64,000 nt of DNA from positions 323,082,001 through 323,146,000 of the forward strand of contig OZ024741.1 of assembly GCA_964016885.1 (NCBI GenBank), written 5' to 3'. A program made the translations under genes and the position numbers. This stretch comes from Eledone cirrhosa. Taxonomy: Eukaryota. The notes under the pieces are model-generated. The model did no database searches. It saw only the letters and a program-made list of their open reading frames with translations, and was not told where the DNA came from. This document shows positions 37,847 through 51,049 of this stretch, in pieces (position 1 is the stretch's first letter; every line of letters starts with the position of its first letter).

Positions 37847-39030
37847 GGAATGTCATAAGTGCAGTGAATTCCCGAGTTGTGTCTATTATTAGGTACAGTG
37901 CGGGAATTCTGAAATGGAATGTTGCTGAACAAAAAGAAATGGATAGGAAGACTAAGAAGCTATTGACTATCTACAATATGTTCCACAAGAGGAGTGATGT
38001 CGATAGACTCTACTTAAGGAGATCTGAAGGTGGAAGGGGTCTTATCAGCATAGAGGACTGTGTTCAGATGGAGAAAAACAACCTGCACAAATATGTGGCC
38101 GACAGTAGGGAGCCAATGCTCAGAATTGTACTGAAGGAGAGAACAATAGACCAGGGGATGTCCAAGGGGGAAATAACAACAAGGAGGAAGACCACCCTTC
38201 ATGAAAAATCCCTTCATAGTACCTTCTTTGAGAAAACTGAATTTAGAGATCCACAGACATGGAACTGGTTAAAAAGAGACCTTAAAAAGGCTACAGAAGG
38301 AATGCTAATGGCTGCGCAAGAGCAAGCACTCAAAACGAAGTGGGTGAAACACCATATTTACAAGGTGGAGGCTAGCCCACTGTATAGGATCTGTGGAGAG
38401 AGGGGAGACTGTGGGTCACATTGTATCCTAGTGTAAATACCTAGCCCAGACTCACTATAAAAGCTGGAGACATGATATGATGGGCAGGGTAATCCACTGG
38501 CACCTATGCAAAGTAAACAATTTACCACATTCTGAGAAGTGGTATGAGCATAAGCCAGAGTCGGTGATAGGAAACGATCAGGTGAAGGTGCTATGGGATT
38601 TTAGGATACAGACGGATAAGAAACTGGAACACAATAGGCCTGACCTGGTGGTTTTGGACAAGGAAAAGAGATCGTGCCTGATTGTAGATGTAGCCTGCCC
38701 ATTTCACACGAAAGTGGAAGAAAAGGAGAGGGAGAAAATTAACCGATACCAAGACTTAAAGTGGGAGGTAAAAAGGATTTGGAACTGCCATGAAGTCAGA
38801 GTCGTCCCGATTGTCGTAGGCGCACTAGGTACTATCTCAAAGAGTTTCCAAGGATGGTTAAAGAATGTTAGTCCAGCCCCGCTTTTTGGAACACTTCAAA
38901 AGGCATGCTTGCTGGGAACAGCAAGAACCCTCCGATACGTCCTGAATATCTGAGGCTGCAGGTAGCGGCTTGATATTCATTTCAACAAACTTTCCAGTTA
39001 AATAACATCAATGACTGAGACTCAAAGAAC
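37847..39030 (+). mobile_element. 5'-truncated second copy of Dong family 2, inserted in the (TAA)n tail of the first
   Basis: ORFs 37864..38436 and 38477..38953 (HNRPDLVVLD, VDVACP, K..RY.DL); same 3' UTR, then (TAA)n. Confidence 0.9.
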
Positions 39031-39063
<33 letters not shown>

Positions 39064-39064
<1 letters not shown>

Positions 39065-42000
39065 TTTTCTTTATTAACCACAAGGTTTTACATAAAGTAG
39101 ACATTAAGGACAGTACAGGACAATACAGGACGGTACAAATGGGCATTTCTGCGTGTAAAAAAACAGAGGATGTAATAAAATAACAAAGAAAGATTCCCCA
39201 ATATGGGGGAGACTTCGGAGGGACATTTGTGGAGGAAGCCCAGTAAAAGGCCACAGTGAGCCTGACCACCAAGGCAAGTGCCCTCTCCCAGTTTTCCACC
39301 TTTAATTTACAGATACATACTCAGAGTATTCACTCGGGCCATTCTTGCTTCTCTCAACCATCTTTCAACAAAATGCTGGGAAGAGAGCACTTCCTTCTCT
39401 ACTCTGATTTTCCTTTTTAAATGAAATTTGAAAATGTTAATCAGGGCATCACCGAAGAGGTAAGTGCTCGTCTTCAGCCCTTTCAAACGTGTCCACCATA
39501 CTATCTCTTTCGCCATGGCCACCAGACAGATAAAAACTGCCTGCCCTTCCCGGTTAAAGGAAGGGGGCGGGGCAATCCTCACGATGGACTCAGATGATAG
39601 CCGGATACGTCCTACACGCGACAGCAGGTGTTCGACATAACCCACAAGTCAGCAATTTTCGGACACTGGACGAATGCGTGCAGGACGGTTTCGTCGCCCT
39701 GCGCGCATCTCGGACATGCCCGGCTGACGGCACCTCCATGCCTGTAGAGCTTATCTCGAACTGGCAAGGCTCCTCGGTAGCACTGCCAGGCCAGAGATTT
39801 CTGGAAGTTGTCCATAGGCCCCGGCCCGAAAGTTCTTCCGAAGAGATTGGCTAGTTGATTTTCGTCGACGCGTAGAGTTTCCCCAAGTACGTCATCGCTC
39901 TTCCCCACACCTGATCACCGTCGAGGAAGAGGTGGACATGTCGTAGCCTGAGCGCGTGTCTGCGCATCATCAGCCACGGCTGCCCAGCCCTCCACGTAGC
40001 GGGTGTTGACAACAGATGGACCGCCTGACCATCGGAGCGCGTCCCTTCCATAAAAAGCGAAAGAGCAAACGCTCCAGCGCAGTCAGGCGGGGCTTATGAC
40101 AAGGTACGACGGTCAGGCGGTAGCAGATGACAGACGCGATGTACGCGTTAGCCACCTCCGCTCGACCTTTCAGGGATAGCTTCCTCTCGGCCCATTTCTG
40201 GGTGAGAGAAGCCACCCTGCTTGTCAACTCGTCCCAGTTTTTGTCCGTCTGGAGGTCCAGACCGAACCAGACCCCTAGCAATTTAACCGGTCCGTCCGTG
40301 CAGCGTCCGAGGACGCTGTTGGACGGCATGGACCTGCCTCTCCAGGTGCCGATCTGCAGGCCCACTGACTTTTCCTGGTTGATCATTGCTCCTGTCACCG
40401 CTTCGTATTCTCTTACTCTAGTGCCGATCGCCTCGATGTGTTTGGCGTTCGACACCACTACGGTGACATCGTCCGCATATGCTGACACGGATCTTCCGCA
40501 TCCTAGTTCGCGCGGGACGCCCCTCAACGTCTCCAGTTTGTGCAGTAATAGCTCGAGAGTCAATACGTACAAGAGGGACGAGAGGAGACATCCTTGGCGG
40601 ACCGAGCGCATGATGTTGAACGGTTCCGAAAGGTGACCGTTCACTCTCACCACAGAGCAGATGTCGCTGTGCATGGCAGCGATCCAGCCTCTGAAGACGG
40701 GCCCAAAGCCAGCCGCCCTCAGGACTGCTGCTAGGTAACGATGGTCGACCCTATTGAAAGCTTTCGACTGATCTAAATTGATCAAAGACCCACCCGTGCC
40801 AGGTTCCCTAGCTACTCTCTCTACGATGTATCGCATGAGGTGGAGGTTGTCGTGGATGGATCTGTCGGGAATGGCGCATGTCTGCACCTCTCCCACCAGA
40901 CCACCAACGACAAGCGCCAACCTCTTTGCTAGCACCTTGGCCAAAATCTTGAACTCTGTGTTTAGCAGAGTTATGGGCCGGAAATTATCTATGTTATCCC
41001 CCTTGTTCGGATCCTTTCTCAGCAGTGTCACCGCTCCTCGGCTCACAGAGCTGGGAATTCTCCCGTTCTATTGCCAGTTGCAGTAGACGTCCGCCAAGAG
41101 GCCTCCGAACAAGTCTGGCATCTGTACGTAAAGTTCATAGGGCAGACCATCCAAACCAGGCGATTTACCCCTTGTGCAGCCAGTCATTGCCTCCCTTACT
41201 TCAGCGGCTGTTACGGCTTTTCGCTACACTCTGCCTCAGTGGCCGAGAGTCGCGGCAGTCCGTCGAGGTAGACACTAAAGTCCATCCCTCGACCCGGCCC
41301 ACCACTGCCCCCGAACAGTTGAGCGAAGTGTCGCTGAAAAGCTTCACACATTTGCCAGGGATCGAGTAGCATGCGCCCGTCGTGGTCCACCAAAGACCAG
41401 ATCGTGGCTTTGTTGCCACGACGCGCCTCCGCCACTCGGGCCCATTGAACGGCTTTCGTCCCCTCGTGTCTGAGAGCACGCACCCTAGCTCTGACAACGC
41501 AGCCTTCGTGCTTTGCATTGAAGAATTGGTCAAGGGCCAATTTCTCCGCAAGCACGTCGGTCGCGATGCCTTTGCTAAGCGCCTCGTCTAATTTTCTAAC
41601 TAGTTCTCCCTCTGCTCTATTTTTCTCTATTGCTAAAGCCTTACTAAACCTAATGGATTCTATTCTAATCGCTTTTTTCAGAGCAAACCACCACTTGTTG
41701 TTGACGATGGCCCCCGTCAACGCCCGCTTAACTAGTTCGCTAATCCGGTCTCTGTAGGCCTTGCGTGCTGGTAAGGACGCGTTTAGCTTCCAGTAGCCGG
41801 GTCCTCGTCTATGAAGCCTATCTAAGTCAAGCACACAGATCACGAATTTGTGGTCCGTGTAACTGACTATCTTGAATTGTGGACAGCCTATGCTAGACCT
41901 ATCTATTTCCCTACAAAATACTCTATCTAGATATAATCCGGATGACCCTATGAGATTTGTCCAAGTCCACATTGGCACATTCGGGAAATCCAATCGGTAC

Positions 42001-44289
42001 CTGTCAGACAGTTCAAAACGCCTGAGCAGGTTGATGAGGCTCTTGCACCCTCCACCCCTATCCGCTAATCCCACACAGTCCCAGCGTGCATCTAAGATCC
42101 CGTTCCAGTCGCCCACTAACACTAAAGAGCGGGACGTTCCAAGAAAGGTCTCCAGACGCCGGAAGAAATCAGGCCGCCCTGCTCCTGTCGGGGCATAGAC
42201 GGCCACTAGCCTGAAAGCTTGCCCGTCTCCGCTGGTCACGTCCAGCACCACCAACTTACCCTCTGAGTCCAGGAAGATGGCCCGTATGGCGAGATCCAAA
42301 CCTCTCCGAAAAAGCACAGCAACTCCTCCCCCAGATCCAGGACGGCTGGGAGATCCGTACACATCGTAGCCGCCGAAGATCGGTGCGAAGGCCCGTGCTT
42401 CGGAGATTCTGGTCTCGCTGATGGCCACTACATCTATGTTTAGTGACCTGAGGGCGTTGAGCAGGTGGCCCTGCTTCCATGACGACCCCAGGCCACGCGC
42501 ATTTAATCTGCCTATTCTGAGTGAGGTCATGTTTAAAATGGAGTGGAAAAGATGGGAAAGACCACTTACCGTACTTCTCGTAGAGGAAGGATGGTTTCTC
42601 CATCCCTTTTCACTTGATCGTCTGGTGAAGGGACCGTTGAATCGTCCCTTCGGCTGGTCGTCGGCTCTTCTATGAGTATGTCCGAATATACTCTCCGGTT
42701 GAGAGTCCCTTCTAGGTCTCTGAAATCACCAACTGCGTTGGGGAATTTCGTTTTAATGTTTGTGTATTGTTTCTGTGTAATTCTTACCAGTCTTATGTTC
42801 GTTGGTGTTTTGATTGGTGCTGGTATTATGTAGTCGTGCTGTGAAATGTCTGTGTGTTCAATTATGTAAGTCATTAGTTTCTTGTTGTGTGTATTTATTG
42901 CTGTGCATTTGTTTTTCTGGGGGTGGGGTGTGGTTCTGCTATTTTCTTGTCGTTGTTGCTGGGTGTGTGTGTTTTGTTGTTGTGTTTGCGATGTTGGTGC
43001 TTGTGGTGGTGGTGTTGAAGGTGTTGTTGTTATTGGCGGTGGGTTTGTCGCCGGTGGTGATGGTGGTGCTAGTGTGGGTGGTGATTGTGTTGGTGGTGTT
43101 GCTGCTGTGAGTCTCTTTGCAGTAGCTTTTATCCTTTTTTCATTTCTTTCCTCCCTTTTCGAAGGCGACGATGCGCTGCTTCTGCGTTTGTGCCTTCTTG
43201 CGACCTTTTGCCATCCCTCTCCCACCTCACACTTCATGTCTGATTCTGTGAGGTCGGGGAGGGGTACCAGCTCCACTATTTCACTTGTTGTTGTTGGTGA
43301 TGTTTGCAGTGGAGTCTCTGTTGGAGCTGCAGTTGGTATTACTGTTGTTGTTGTTAATACTTCCACTGCTGCTGCTGTTCTTGATTTCCGTGGCGTGGGT
43401 ATGGGTGCCACGGACTTATCGTTCCTGGTTGCCGCTTGTCCTTTTGCTGGTAGCAGCGGAGCCGGTTTCGGAAGGAGGGGGGTTTTCTCCTTTCTCAGGG
43501 TCTTCTCGTTGCAGAAGGCCCTGAGGTGAGTCTTCGATCCACAGCGAAAGCATTTCGCTCTCAACACTTATGGGCAGTTGAGTGCCGTTATCGAAGTCTA
43601 TCACATCCGGGATAGCTTCGATGCACTCCTGGTTGGTTCGGATTAACATCTCAATGGAGGTGCCGACCAATCTTCTCTTACTTTTTTCTGTACTTGCAGT
43701 ACAGTTGTTTTGTCCTCGATTCCGACGAAGACAGACGCGGCCAGCCAAGAAGGGGCCATCCCGGGGGGGACGTGGGTCAGTTTGACCCTCACAATTTTTT
43801 GCCCGCAGTAGGAGGGCACCAACACCATTTCCTCGCTCCTTAGGGTCACTAAGGATTGAGCCTTTGCCTCCTGGGGTGTGGCAAAAAGCACGTCTACGGT
43901 GGCATATTTCTTGCCTCGGGTGATATGCGTTTTCCGCTGCCACACAGACCCTAAGGCTTTTTGTATTTGAGCCTCTGTGGCTCTTTCAACCCTACAGGAT
44001 TTTGTGCTTACTGTACGGTACGTGACCGTACAGTGCTGTTGGGTCTCGAAAAATTTTTCGGCTGCCTTGCAGATTGCTCGGTGTCCGGTTTTCGTCGCCA
44101 TCTTCTTCGCTTCCTCTAATTCCTCATTTGTTATGAGGATGGTTTCCAGGTTCTTTGCGATACCTGCAAACGAAATTGGTTTTTCTTTACTGCTGTTGTT
44201 GTTGTTGTCGTCAGAGCTGCTATTACTTTTGTTGTTGCTGCAGGTACTACGACTACTGCCGCCGCCGCTGTTGCTGTGGTTGTTGTTGT

Positions 44290-44327
<38 letters not shown>

Positions 44328-44898
44328 CTAATGCTGTTGTTGTTTATGCTGCTGCTGATGCTGTTTCGGCTGCTACTGTTGTTTTCCTTTTCACTGTTGC
44401 TGCTGCTGCTGTTATTACGGCTGCTACTGCTATTATTCATGACGTCAGACGAATGAAATAGGTTTTCGTATTTACCTCACACCTTTTTCGTCATTGTCGT
44501 CGTCGTGGAGAAATGTTCCATGCTTTGCACGTGATTTTTCTCGCTTGAGAAAGAGAAGGGAGGAAGAGAGACATATTTAGAGAAGGGAGGGAGAGAGACA
44601 ATCTTCTCTCTGCTGTAGTGGCGATTGAGGAAGAAGAAGACGGAATGTGTGGGAGTGACTTGTGAAAATTCTTTTTCGTAGCCATGTTTTTTTTGTTTAA
44701 AATAAATATTGGGCACAAAACCCCAATAAGCGGTTATTTAACCCCGAAGGGCCAAATAACGGGCAGAAAGACCCCTCTCACGAGGAGGAGGGTGTTTTTG
44801 TCTACAATTTGGTTAAAGTTTTAAACAATTTACCATTGTTATAGCGGTCAAAATTTACAATACCTTACAGAGCCGAGCCTCCGTCAACCATGGCATTC
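39064..44898 (-). mobile_element. Tx1-like full-length copy 3 (internal deletion near 39905)
   Basis: ORFs 39970..41046, 41211..42530, 42566..44440; 5' UTR near-identical to copy 1; (TAA)n at 39031-39063 and 44899-44953. Confidence 0.9.
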
Positions 44899-44953
<55 letters not shown>

Positions 44954-44955
<2 letters not shown>

Positions 44956-45484
44956 GGTTTTTTTATTGGTCACAAGGGCTAACATGAAAAAAAACATTAC
45001 AGGCGGCACAGAACGGTACAGGACGATACAATACAAAGTGGGTTTTGGCCGTGTAAAAAAAAGATTATAACAAAAGACAAAAGAAATATGTAGAAACAAT
45101 TTTTTAAAAATTCAAACAATAAAAATTCCCCAACAGTGGGGAAACCTCTGAGGGTCACTCGTGGTGAAAACCACACAAAAGACCACGGCCACCCTGACCA
45201 CCAGAGCAAGTGCCCTCTCTCAGTTGACCCCCTCCAATCTACAGACGCATACTTAGAGCAGGCTCATTCACTCGGACCAGACTCGCCACTTTCACCCACC
45301 TTTCAACAAACTTACTAGAAGACAACACTTGCTTCTCCCCCCTGATTTTCCTCTTGAAGAATAAAATCAGGGTAGAGGGGGAAGTGCTGCCTTCCAAGCA
45401 ATTTGTTGAAAGGTGAGTGAGAGAGGTGAGTATGACCCGACTGAACGAACCTGTTCTAAGTATGCGTCTGTAGATTGGAGGGGG
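44954..45484 (-). mobile_element. Short Tx1-like 3' fragment followed by an inverted, diverged fragment
   Basis: KRKIRGEKQVLSSSKFVERWVKVA; 45365-45484 resembles the reverse complement of 45228-45348. Confidence 0.7.
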
Positions 45485-45744
45485 ACTACTGGAATAGGGC
45501 ACTTCGCCTAGATTTGAGGGAACCTGTAGTATTATGGTGTTTTTCTATGAGCAGCCCTTGAACGTCTCCTCCCTATTGAAGAATTCCCATTAAAACGTTT
45601 ATTACCTTTATTTTTATTATTGTAAAACCTATTTATGCACAAAACCCGCAAACCGACACACACGTACACGCGCACACGCACACACACCCTGTGTGTTTTG
45701 TCCTGTTTCCTCCTGTTTTCTTAATGTAAACCCTTTGCGAATAA

Positions 45745-45968
45745 AGAAACGGTGGATTGGCAGTATCAGTAGAGGGTCGGACGCTATGCTTTGCAACATA
45801 GAGTTGCGGTCCTTTACGGTCTGAGTTCAAATTCCGCCAAGGTTAACTTTGCCTTTCATCCTTACGGAGTCGATAAAATAAAGCACTAGTAACGTACTGG
45901 GGTTGATTTAATAGACTTTCTCCCTCCCCACCCACCCCAAATTACTGGCCTTGTGCCTATACTAGAAA
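45745..45968 (+). mobile_element. tRNA-derived SINE (family of 16356-17380); a degenerate copy follows at about 46090-46225
   Basis: ggtggattggcagtatcagtagag...gagttcaaattccgcc...gcctttcatccttacggagtcgataaaa. Confidence 0.85.
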
Positions 45969-45992
45969 TCATTATTATTGTTATTATTATAC

Positions 45993-46066
45993 TTTGAGTC
46001 TCAGTCATTGATGTAATTTAACTGGAAAGTTTGTTGAAATGAATATCAAGCCGCTACCTGCAGCCT
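45993..46066 (-). mobile_element. 3' UTR fragment of Dong family 2 with degenerate (TAA)n tail
   Basis: Reverse complement of 38953-39026. Confidence 0.8.
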
Positions 46067-46693
46067 CTGACATTCAGAGAAGAGAGCGCACGACTGGCAA
46101 TGCCGTTAGAGCATCGGGAAAATGCTTCTCGGTATTTGTTCCACTTCTTCACATTCTAAGTTCAAATCCAGTCGAAATCAACTTTGCTTTTCATCCTTTC
46201 AAGGTTAATAAAATAAAATACCTGTAATATATTGGTGTTGTGCTATATACATGAATATGTTGACATACTTAAATACATCGTTAGTTTTTTGAGAGATGGA
46301 AGGGATGAGGTTATCCTCAGCCCCAAAACCTGGCCCGTGAGCCTGCAACAGATCTTCCCCTCCCAAGACATCTGGTTCGTAAATCCATGTAGTAAGATTG
46401 AACCCGATGCCATGCAGTTGCAAGGTGAATTCCTTAACTACACCACAATACCTGAATCCTTTCGTTGGTAGGAAGACTGTTAATTTTGTCAAGCTCTATG
46501 ATGTCTGAGTTGTTTCTCTTGGATTATAAAACAAGAAGTATCACAGACAAGCCAAGGAGATTGACATTTGATGCATCAAGTATGGCCAACGACATTTAAT
46601 ACAAAACTAATTTCTTAATAATGTGTACTGGACGGGATATTTAAATTTGGATTGTTATCATACATTACGTTAAGGTCAACGCACCCCCCTCCC

Positions 46694-46725
<32 letters not shown>

Positions 46726-46743
46726 AACGTAAATACATACATG

Positions 46744-46779
<36 letters not shown>

Positions 46780-46807
46780 CTAGCATAGTACCCGTCAAAA
46801 ATGACGG
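46780..46807 (-). mobile_element. Helitron-type 3' terminus
   Basis: Minus strand hairpin ccgtca tttt tgacgg, then gtactatg-CTAG|T. Confidence 0.45.
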
Positions 46808-47034
46808 TGTTTATAGTAAATATATTTAATTCAATCACTAATCGATTACAACATTTATGTAACGATGCTTGAATGCTCGATTTCCTTTGACCCTCTCCCT
46901 CTTGTCACTTCAACCATCACCATATTGCAGTTTACATGCATTTAAATCAATTATAATAATTTTCTTCCATATTATCAAACATATGTCCACTAAATTACGA
47001 TGACATTGTTCTACGTGCATACCTATCTATCTAT

Positions 47035-47412
47035 CTATTTTTTTCAAATACCACTTTGGAAGAAGAATCAGGATGGAGAGAGAGGTGCTGTACCCCAGCA
47101 AGTTTTATGAAAGGTGGGTGAAAGTGGCGAAAATGGCCCGAGTGAATGGGCCTTCTCTCTATATCAGCCTGTAGGTTGAGGAAAAGGAGGAGGAGAGGAA
47201 GAGAGTACAAACTCTTCGTACTCCTGGAGATGAGGGTTGCACATTTTTTCGGGGGCATGTGTTACCCATATGAACTGACTCCCCCTATTGGGGAAAATCG
47301 ACTAATTTTTAAATTACATTTGTGATAATATTTTACACGTTTTTATTGTATGTAAACTTCCTCCTTTGTATTTGTCCCCTTCTTTTGTGCCCCTGTGGCT
47401 AATAAAGAAACA
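47035..47412 (+). mobile_element. Tx1-like 3' end fragment
   Basis: FFKYHF..KRIRMEREVL..KFYERWVKVAKMARVNG-like sequence and a 3' UTR ending gtggctaataaagaaaca. Confidence 0.75.
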
Positions 47413-47429
47413 TATCTATCTATATATCC

Positions 47430-49866
47430 CAACCATAAACACACCATAAACACACCGCCACAAACGACAAACACACCAACAACACAATCACCACCAACAC
47501 AACCAAACACTTCACCAACAAAACAAACACCCACACCACCACAATCACAAACCCCAACCACAAAAAGAAAACTACAAACAGAAACAGTACACATAAAAAA
47601 CAAAACACACTACACATACATAAAAACAAGAAACAAAGAACTGGTGGAAACTGTCCGAAAGAACCCCACAATACAAACGGAGGGAAAACCTTCCCCACCA
47701 ACGACCCACCCCCAAACCTCAAACTTATCAGGGTAACAACCCTACAGTATGAAACTTTAAAAGAGAACTTCCCACATGATGTGGGGCCCCCCTTGCCAAA
47801 AGTCCCTTAACCGTGTCCTGCTAAAAGGATTCCCTCCCTCCCAAACACCGCCAATCTGGACATGGAGATCGAACAACCCGACCTCCAGGAAACGAAAAGG
47901 TAAGTGTTCCTGCCTTTTCTCTCCTTAACTCTTCTTCACCAACATGGCGACTATACAAGCTGGATGTTTGAATGTACGTAGCCTGGGTATGTCCTGGAAA
48001 CAGGGCCAGCTTTTAAATGATCTCAGGTCACATTGTATAGATGTGATAGCCATTACCGAGTCCAGAATTCACGACAAGCAGTAGCTAACTCCCATGTTCG
48101 ATGATTTTGAGATCTACGTATCTCTCTGTCAGCCAGGTCCTGGACGTGAATGGTAGTGAAGGTGGAGCTTTCAGACTGGTGGCCGTATATGCCCCGTCTG
48201 GGACATCGCGACCAGAGTTCTTCAAGCGTCTGGAGCCATTCCTGGGAACGTTTCGCTCCTTAGTGTTAGCGGGGGACTGGAATGGCTTCTTAGACGCACG
48301 TTGGGACTATGTAGGAGGGGGGTGTAATAGCCTCAGAAATCTCATCAGTCAATTCCAACTGGCTGATAGATATCGACTAGACTTCCCAAGTGCACCACTG
48401 TGGACGTGGAGCAACCACACTGGGTCTTCTAGATCGTATTTAGATATATTTTTAATTAGACAGAATGATAAGGAAACATTAAGCTGTGCACAAATGCATA
48501 TGGTTGCCTATTCAGACCACAAATTAGTCACCTGCGTAGTCAACCTTGATAGAACACATAGACAGGGACCCGGATACTGGAAGCTAAACATGTCGCTCCT
48601 GGCGCGTAAGGCCTACAGTAAACGGATTAGCACCTTAGTTAAGTGCCAGTTGACGGGGCCGATCGTCAACAACAGGTGGTGGAGCTCTCTCAAGAGAGCA
48701 ATTAGAATAGAATCGATAGCATTTAGCAAGGAAGTAGCTTTAGAAAAAAACAAAACTGAAAAGGAACTGGTAGCTAAAATAGAAGAGGCACTTAGGAATG
48801 GCAGTCAAGCTGACGTGCTAGCGGCGAGAACGGGCACTAGACCAGTTCTTCAACGTGAAACACGAAGGTTGTATTGTCAGAAGTAGAACACGTCCTCTAA
48901 GAAACGAGGGAGCCAAAGCTGTTAGCTGGGCCCGAGTGACAGAGGCGAAAAGTCGCAACAAATCCACAATCGGTCTTTGCAAGACAAAGATGGACGCATT
49001 ATACTTGAATCCAAGCAGATGTGCGCGGCCTTCCAGCAGCATTTTGCACAACTGTTCGGGCAAAGCGGTACATCGAGCGAGGTGATGGACTTCAGCTCCT
49101 ACCTAGACGGCGTACCGCGACTCTCGAGCACGGATGCGGAGAGCTGCGAAAGGCCGATCACAGCGGGCGAAATAGAAGATGCCCTAGGCCGCTGCAGGAA
49201 ACGCAAATCACCCGGTTTAGATGGTCTACCCTATGAGTTTTACATAGGCATGCCAGACTTGTTCTCTGGCGTCCTCGAAGCGGTCTACTGCAACTGGCAG
49301 CAGAACGGGAGGATTCCCAGTTCTGTAGGCAGAGGTGTAGTAATGCTGATCAGGAAAGATGAGAACAAGGGGGATGAGATAAGCAATTTCAGGCCCATAA
49401 CTCTGCTCAACACAGAGTTAAAGATTTTGGCCAAGGTGTTAGCAGCAAGGCTGGCGCTTGTCGTCGAGAACCTGGTAGGGGAAGCCAAAACGTGTGCAAT
49501 CCTGACCAGGTACATACACGACAACCTCCACCTAATGCGATACATCATAGAGAGGGTACGGTGTAAACCTGGCTTTGGTGGAGCTCTGATCAATTTAGAT
49601 CAGTCTAAGGCATTTGATAGGGTCGACCATCAATACTTGGAAGCAGTTCTCAAGGCGGCCGGCTTCGGTCCCGTCTTCAGAGGCTGGATCGCTGCCATGC
49701 ACACCAGCATCTGCTTGGCAATCAAGGGGAATGGCTACCTATCAGAGCCATTCCAAATCATGCGTTCCATCCGTCAGGGATGCCCTCTCTCCTCCATTCT
49801 GTATGTACTGATTCTCGAGCCGTTACTCCGAAAATTGGAGCTGTTGCAGGGCATCCCGATCAAACC
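47430..49866 (+). pseudogene. Decayed Tx1-like element, divergent subfamily (end of ORF1, APE, partial RT), cut off by retrozyme family B
   Basis: ORFs 48101..48886 and 48977..49879 (VYAP, GDWN, SDH, KSPGLDG, DQSKAFDRVDH, IRQGCPLS). Confidence 0.85.
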
Positions 49867-49867
49867 A

Positions 49868-50540
49868 GGTATACGGTGATGATGACAGCTAATAAGCTAG
49901 AAACTAGTTCATCATTCCTTTGTCAGTGTTGAAAAAAAGGGCAACGATGGTTGCTGAACACTGTACGGCTAATAATTCGGGCTGTTTGTTTACAAACAAA
50001 CCGAACATTATAATAAATGTTCGGTAAACCCATACGTACATATATATATATGTGTGCATGCATGTATGTATATACATACTACTGTACGTCTGTATACATA
50101 TATGTATGTACGTATACATACTTATATTTAAGTATCAGCCGTACTAAGAGTGAGAAATGAAATTTCATTTTTTCCATTTATCGTTTTCGGTACGCCCGGC
50201 CGACTAACTCACTCGATATGCAAATTAGGCTGCTCAGCCGTTAATATGCATAAGGAAAGTATATACTTTCAAACGTTCAATCAACTGACAGGAAGGTATA
50301 CGGTGCTGATGACAGCTAATAAGCTAGAAACTAGTTCATCGTTCCTTTGTCAGTGTTGAACAAAATGGCAACGATGGTTGCCGAACACTGTACGGCCAAT
50401 AATTCGGGCTGTTTGATTACAAACAAACCGAGCATTATAATAAATGTTCGGTAAACATATACGTACATATATATATGTGTGCATGTATGTATGTGTATAC
50501 ATGCTACTGTACGTCTGTATACATATATGTATGTACATAT
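49868..50540 (+). mobile_element. Retrozyme-like family B, about 1.6 tandem monomers, period about 427 bp
   Basis: ggtatacggtg at 49868 and 50295; homologous to 3110-4320; first HHR (49874-49914) has a mutated core. Confidence 0.8.
50301..50341 (+). ncRNA. Type I hammerhead ribozyme (family B)
   Basis: cggtg-CTGATGA-cagct aata agcta-GAAA-ctag-TT-catcg. Confidence 0.75.
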
Positions 50541-50747
50541 AGATACTACGACCTCTTTTATACCATAAACGTGGTTCTGTCCTTGCACGTAATTGTTTTT
50601 CACCGCTCCTATTAATGACGTATTATTCGTTTTTTCCCGTTCTTCGCCAGCGAACGTTTCCACGAACCAAAGTATCGTCTTCCTGTCTTCCTCCGGTTGC
50701 AACGTTTTTTTAAATATCCAGTTCTGCGTTTACAGATTGACTTTGTT

Positions 50748-50798
50748 AGTTTCAGAAGATCCCGTTAAGGGTGAAAGCAGCGATTCTTTGCTTAAACT
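50748..50798 (+). ncRNA. Hammerhead-like motif (family J), core CAGAAGA
   Basis: agttt-CAGAAGA-t ccc gttaa ggg t-GAAA-gca..tgc-TT-aaact, then AATAAA and (TA)n. Confidence 0.55.
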
Positions 50799-50819
50799 TT
50801 AATCTGTTATTTTAATAAA

Positions 50820-50921
<102 letters not shown>

Positions 50922-50937
50922 GTTTTAATATAGATGA

Positions 50938-50986
50938 GATTCTACAGGACTAGAACTGTTTCATTCTTTAGAAATCATCAGGAATC
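50938..50986 (-). ncRNA. Type I hammerhead ribozyme (family D)
   Basis: gattc-CTGATGA-t ttc taaa gaa t-GAAA-cag ttctagtc ctg-TA-gaatc; partial copies near 5500 and 54334. Confidence 0.8.
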
Positions 50987-51049
50987 TGGCTGTCCAAAAT
51001 AAATGTTGTTATACCTTTTCTAGTGGTAGGAGAGGGTGGGGAGTGGGAT

